Shown in pieces: positions 44,052-46,542 of a stretch of 46,542 bases of DNA. The stretch is taken from NCBI GenBank assembly GCA_047519495.1, contig JAPVSX010000026.1:1-46542 (forward strand), written 5' to 3'. The notes under the pieces were generated by a model. It was given only the letters and a program-made list of their open reading frames with translations. It was not told the DNA's origin and searched no databases. The DNA comes from Armatimonadota bacterium. Its GTDB lineage: Bacteria; Sysuimicrobiota; Sysuimicrobiia; Sysuimicrobiales; Segetimicrobiaceae. Numbering within the stretch: position 1 is the stretch's first letter; every line of letters starts with the position of its first letter. Made by a program: the position numbers and the translations under genes.

Positions 44052-44323
44052 CGTTCCCTTGTCCGGCGTCGAACTCCCTGGATCACACGCTCATGAGGGA
44101 CGAGGCGGCCTCTGCTCCGCGCGGTGAGCCCCGCCTCCATCGCCTCGCGGGCACGACGCTGTGCCAGAATACCGTCGAGCATCCGCTCGACGCTCTCGCG
44201 GTCGGCGAAGTAGCGTAGAGCTTCCCTCACAACGAAGCTCTTATTGCCGGCTCGCGGCTGCGCAAGTGCTTTTAGCAGACGGTACGTATCGTCGTCCAGC
44301 ACCACCTGGACTTTCTTAGCCAT
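44048..44323 (-). CDS. Ribbon-helix-helix (CopG-like) antitoxin
   Basis: MAKKVQVVLDDDTYRLLKALAQ... gives an N-terminal beta-strand plus two helices typical of RHH proteins. The gene sits upstream of the toxin gene and overlaps it. Confidence 0.75.
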   Translation of the reverse strand: MAKKVQVVLDDDTYRLLKALAQPRAGNKSFVVREALRYFADRESVERMLDGILAQRRAREAMEAGLTARSRGRLVPHERVIQGVRRRTRER

Positions 44324-44337
44324 AGCACCCTGCAGGA

Positions 44338-44361
44338 TCATGATCTGTCATGATTCTACCA
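44338..44361 (-). promoter_or_regulatory. Candidate extended -10 promoter and operator of the toxin-antitoxin pair
   Basis: On the minus strand TGGTAGAAT (44361-44353) is followed immediately by two TCATGA palindromes 4 nt apart (44353-44348 and 44343-44338). These lie 15-30 nt upstream of the antitoxin ATG. Confidence 0.45.
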
Positions 44362-44552
44362 CACCAAAGCCGGAATAACGGCGGATGCGGGAAGCGCACA
44401 GCCACGATGTCCACGTCCGTGACGTCTCGGTAGCCGCCAAGCATTCAAACAGCTTCAGACGCCGTTACACTTTTCGGATGGGAACCCAGTCACCCTAGTG
44501 GATGGATTGGTCCGCGACTCTTACCTTCGTGTCGAATCAACCCCCCGAGCTC

Positions 44553-44602
44553 TTGACAAACCGTAACCGTATGGTTACGATATTGGTAACCATATGGTTA
44601 CC
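44553..44602 (+). promoter_or_regulatory. Promoter with two palindromic operators for the ArsR-SRPBCC operon
   Basis: The promoter is TTGACA (44553-44558), a 17-nt spacer, then TACGAT (44576-44581). The inverted repeat GTAACCgtatGGTTAC (44563-44578) fills the spacer. The perfect 18-bp palindrome GGTAACCATATGGTTACC (44585-44602) covers the predicted transcription start and the ATG (44594). Confidence 0.55.
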
Positions 44603-44923
44603 ATACGAAGCAAGCAACGTGACATGGTGTTCCGGGCGATTGCCGATCCGACCCGCCGAGAGATCCTGAACGTCCTGCGCGGCAGTCGGCATACCGTCGG
44701 CGAGATCGCTGCGAATTTTCGTACAAGTCGTCCGGCGATCTCGAAGCATCTTCGGTTGCTTCGCTCCGCTGGCTTGGTGGTGACGCACAAACACGGCGCT
44801 GCACACATCTGCGATTTGAATGCCAAGCCGTTGCGTGCGGTCAACGATTGGCTCCGGGATTATGAAGGGTTCTGGGGCGCGACCATGCAGAATCTCAAAA
44901 AGTACGTGGAGGAGAATCGATGA
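44594..44923 (+). CDS. ArsR/SmtB-family transcriptional regulator
   Basis: FRAIADPTRREILNVLRGSRHTVGEIAANFRTSRPAISKHLRLLRSAGLV is a winged helix-turn-helix of the ArsR type. Confidence 0.9.
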   Translation: MVTIRSKQRDMVFRAIADPTRREILNVLRGSRHTVGEIAANFRTSRPAISKHLRLLRSAGLVVTHKHGAAHICDLNAKPLRAVNDWLRDYEGFWGATMQNLKKYVEENR

Positions 44924-45369
44924 AACCGACAACCACAAGCGATACGATCGTCCAGGAAATTACTATCAAGGCTCAAGCAGACCGCATTTTCCGGGCGTTG
45001 ACCGATCCCGGCCAGCTTGTGAAGTGGTGGGGCGCCGAAGGGCGATTCCAGACAACCGAGATGAATTCTGATCTGCATCCCGGCGGAAAGTGGATGATGC
45101 GTGGAACCGGCATGGGAGGGAAGCCGTTCACGGTGTGCGGACAGTATCGAGAGATTGAGCGCCCGCGGTTGCTGGTCTTCACGTGGCTTCCTGACTGGCA
45201 GGAGGATGCGACGGAAACCCTCGTGCGCTTTGATCTGGAAGAGAAGAATGGCGTCACGATGGTTCGCCTGACCCACTCGGGCCTGACGAGTGAGAGCGCT
45301 CGCAGCAGCCATCGCGGCTGGCCACAGATACTGAGTTGGTTGCAAGCTTACGCTGAAGGCAAGTTGTAA
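44920..45369 (+). CDS. SRPBCC-superfamily protein (AHSA1/Aha1-like domain)
   Basis: IFRALTDPGQLVKWWG...LVFTW...THSG are typical AHSA1-family motifs. The gene overlaps ArsR with ATGA, which is a very common gene pair. Confidence 0.85.
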   Translation: MKPTTTSDTIVQEITIKAQADRIFRALTDPGQLVKWWGAEGRFQTTEMNSDLHPGGKWMMRGTGMGGKPFTVCGQYREIERPRLLVFTWLPDWQEDATETLVRFDLEEKNGVTMVRLTHSGLTSESARSSHRGWPQILSWLQAYAEGKL

Positions 45370-45381
45370 TATCTGGCTCCT

Positions 45382-45540
45382 ATGGTTCAGTATCAATCCC
45401 AGGGCCGCGACTCGGCATTTGCAGCCCTGTCCGACCGAACGCGCCGCGGAATCCTCGAGCGCCTCGGGCGCGGGGACGCCTCGATCATTGACCACGAACT
45501 GATAGAACTCGGCAAAGCTTCCCCGAGCGCCGCGAACCTA
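45382..45540 (+). pseudogene. N-terminal fragment of a second ArsR-family regulator
   Basis: FAALSDRTRRGILERLGRGDAS aligns with residues 13-34 of the intact ArsR. After about 50 codons the frame degenerates into Arg/Pro-rich sequence. Confidence 0.45.
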
Positions 45541-45766
45541 TCTCCTTCGCCTGTGCGACGGCTCGATCGACGTGCGGCGCGATCGCCACGTCTGCGGCCT
45601 GTTCCGCCGCGCCACGTGGCTCCGGCTCCTCGAAGCGACAGGATTCGAACCGGAAGGGATCCCGCTCGCAGTCGCCCGGGACGAACCGCTCGGGCGCGAG
45701 GGCTTCCTCGGTCTCCGCAAGGGGAACGATCAACCCGGCACTGAGAACTCTGGTGAAGCTCTATGA
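45506..45766 (+). pseudogene. C-terminal fragment of a class I SAM-dependent methyltransferase
   Basis: ...DRHVCGLFRRATWLRLLEATGFEPEGIPL...GREGFLGLRKG matches the C-terminal pattern of small-molecule methyltransferases (H..gLF.r.ew..ll..aGF ... GrG.f.G). Two in-frame stops (45500 and 45503) lie immediately upstream, so the catalytic N-terminal part is missing. Confidence 0.45.
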
Positions 45767-45856
45767 AATGTGCCTGATCGTTCAAGAGTTCCTGACCAGC
45801 GGCGCTCGCGAGATGCGCGAGGAAGCGACGAAGACTGGACCAGAGGGAGTGCTTCG

Positions 45857-46318
45857 ATGGCTCGCAAGAGAATCGAGACCAAGAGAATCGCAGTGACCGG
45901 AATACGCGCTCGGCTCCAGGCCATCGGGGTTATCCACTCGATCCTCAAGACGCGCCCGGAGGCGCCGAAACAAGGTTGGGAGGGAGCGCCCGATGCGTGG
46001 CTCGAGGTGCGCCCGTCGCTGGCGGACGGACTCGACGGAGTCACCGTTGGCGACGAGATCATCGTCGTCACATGGCTTCACCGAGCCCGGCGAGACGTGC
46101 TCAAAGTGCACCCGCGCTCTGACAACCGATTTCCACTTACTGGCGTTTTCGCGACGCGATCTCCGGACCGACCGAACCCATTGGGCCTCCATCGGGTCAT
46201 GGTGCATGACGTCGACGGGAACCGGCTGCGAATTGGACCCATCGAAGCCATCGATGGCACTCCGGTCGTGGACATCAAACCGATTGTCGCTGGAGAATGG
46301 GAGGCTCCCGGGTCCTGA
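45857..46318 (+). CDS. trmO: tRNA (t6A37-N6)-methyltransferase TrmO (TsaA/YaeB family)
   Basis: IGVIHS...APKQG...DGLDG...VVTWLH...GVFATRSPDRPNPLGLH...IEAIDGTPVVDIKP are TsaA-like domain motifs. ATG 45857 has GAGGGAG 7 nt upstream. Confidence 0.85.
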   Translation: MARKRIETKRIAVTGIRARLQAIGVIHSILKTRPEAPKQGWEGAPDAWLEVRPSLADGLDGVTVGDEIIVVTWLHRARRDVLKVHPRSDNRFPLTGVFATRSPDRPNPLGLHRVMVHDVDGNRLRIGPIEAIDGTPVVDIKPIVAGEWEAPGS

Positions 46319-46542
46319 CAACCGCTTGCCGCCTGTCCCAGTGACGGCAGCCGCGGTGCGGCCGCTGATCCGCCGGCTTGCCAGTGAAGTAGCCGGGCAG
46401 TCACACAAGGAAGAGCACGGCCCACGACCAATAGGCTGCCAAGGTACAGATGGTTCGCATAGCAAGACACTCCTGATCCGGGATCTTCATCGGCGATAAG
46501 AGCGTGTGGCGAAAAGGGGTAAGGACTGACACGACGCGCGTA

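Noticed and set aside
46401-46490. A 29-codon minus-strand ORF (MKIPDQECLAMRTICTLAAYWSWAVLFLV) near the right edge.
   Set aside because: It has no ribosome-binding site, mixed codon usage and no recognisable family. It is too short and too close to the window edge to support.
1-46542. CRISPR arrays, tRNA or rRNA genes, insertion sequences, integrases, prophage or known defence-system genes.
   Set aside because: I saw no regularly spaced repeats, cloverleaf-like sequences, rRNA signatures, transposase/integrase/recombinase motifs or terminal inverted repeats on either strand. The only mobility-associated items are the toxin-antitoxin pair and the gene fragments.

Overview
This is a gene-dense, high-GC bacterial chromosomal window. 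Most genes sit in minus-strand operons. At least 13 gene junctions are 4-nt stop/start overlaps (GTGA or ATGA), and I used these to fix start codons. Many long Arg/Pro/Gly-rich ORFs in the track are antisense or out-of-frame shadows and were not called.

Content from left to right:
- 1-752: the start of the division/cell-wall cluster (mraZ, plus the 5' end of rsmH), with a phased MraZ-box array.
- 849-3840: a terminator-bounded c-di-GMP module (membrane GAF-GGDEF cyclase, zinc-ribbon protein, DUF5317-like membrane protein).
- 3995-15286: a roughly 11-kb carbohydrate/polyol locus. It has a Tat-exported CUT1-type binding protein and two permeases, converging on an FGGY kinase, a 2-hydroxyacid dehydrogenase, two xylose-isomerase-like TIM-barrel proteins, a creatininase-family protein, a Cof-type HAD phosphatase, a truncated permease remnant and a Zn-dependent dehydrogenase.
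- 15641-18553: RNase P RNA (rnpB, type A) with its own promoter, downstream of a coupled operon (seven-repeat secreted beta-propeller, COG1579 zinc-ribbon protein, RNase HI).
- 18660-22668: an amidohydrolase, a secreted trypsin-like protease and a HisKA_3/LuxR two-component pair.
- 22811-24326: a visibly lower-GC group II PLP decarboxylase whose 3' end abuts a RelE/ParE toxin relic.
- 24426-31780: two paralogous PA-domain M28B-like proteins, in inverted orientation, flanking a peptide ABC importer that has no ATPases.
- 31827-39342: a long CoA-dependent acid-catabolism operon with its own NitT/TauT-type ABC importer.
- 39447-43662: an atypical stand-alone receiver protein, a second NitT/TauT ABC system and a DapA-family aldolase.
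- 43809-46318: a lower-GC accessory tail with an intact RelE/ParE-RHH pair, an ArsR-SRPBCC pair with palindromic operators, two gene fragments and TrmO.

I found no CRISPR array, tRNA, rRNA, transposase or integrase. No single clearly novel system is demonstrable from sequence alone. The best candidates are the variant M28B pair with its transporter, the CoA-dependent operon, and the creatininase-containing sugar locus.
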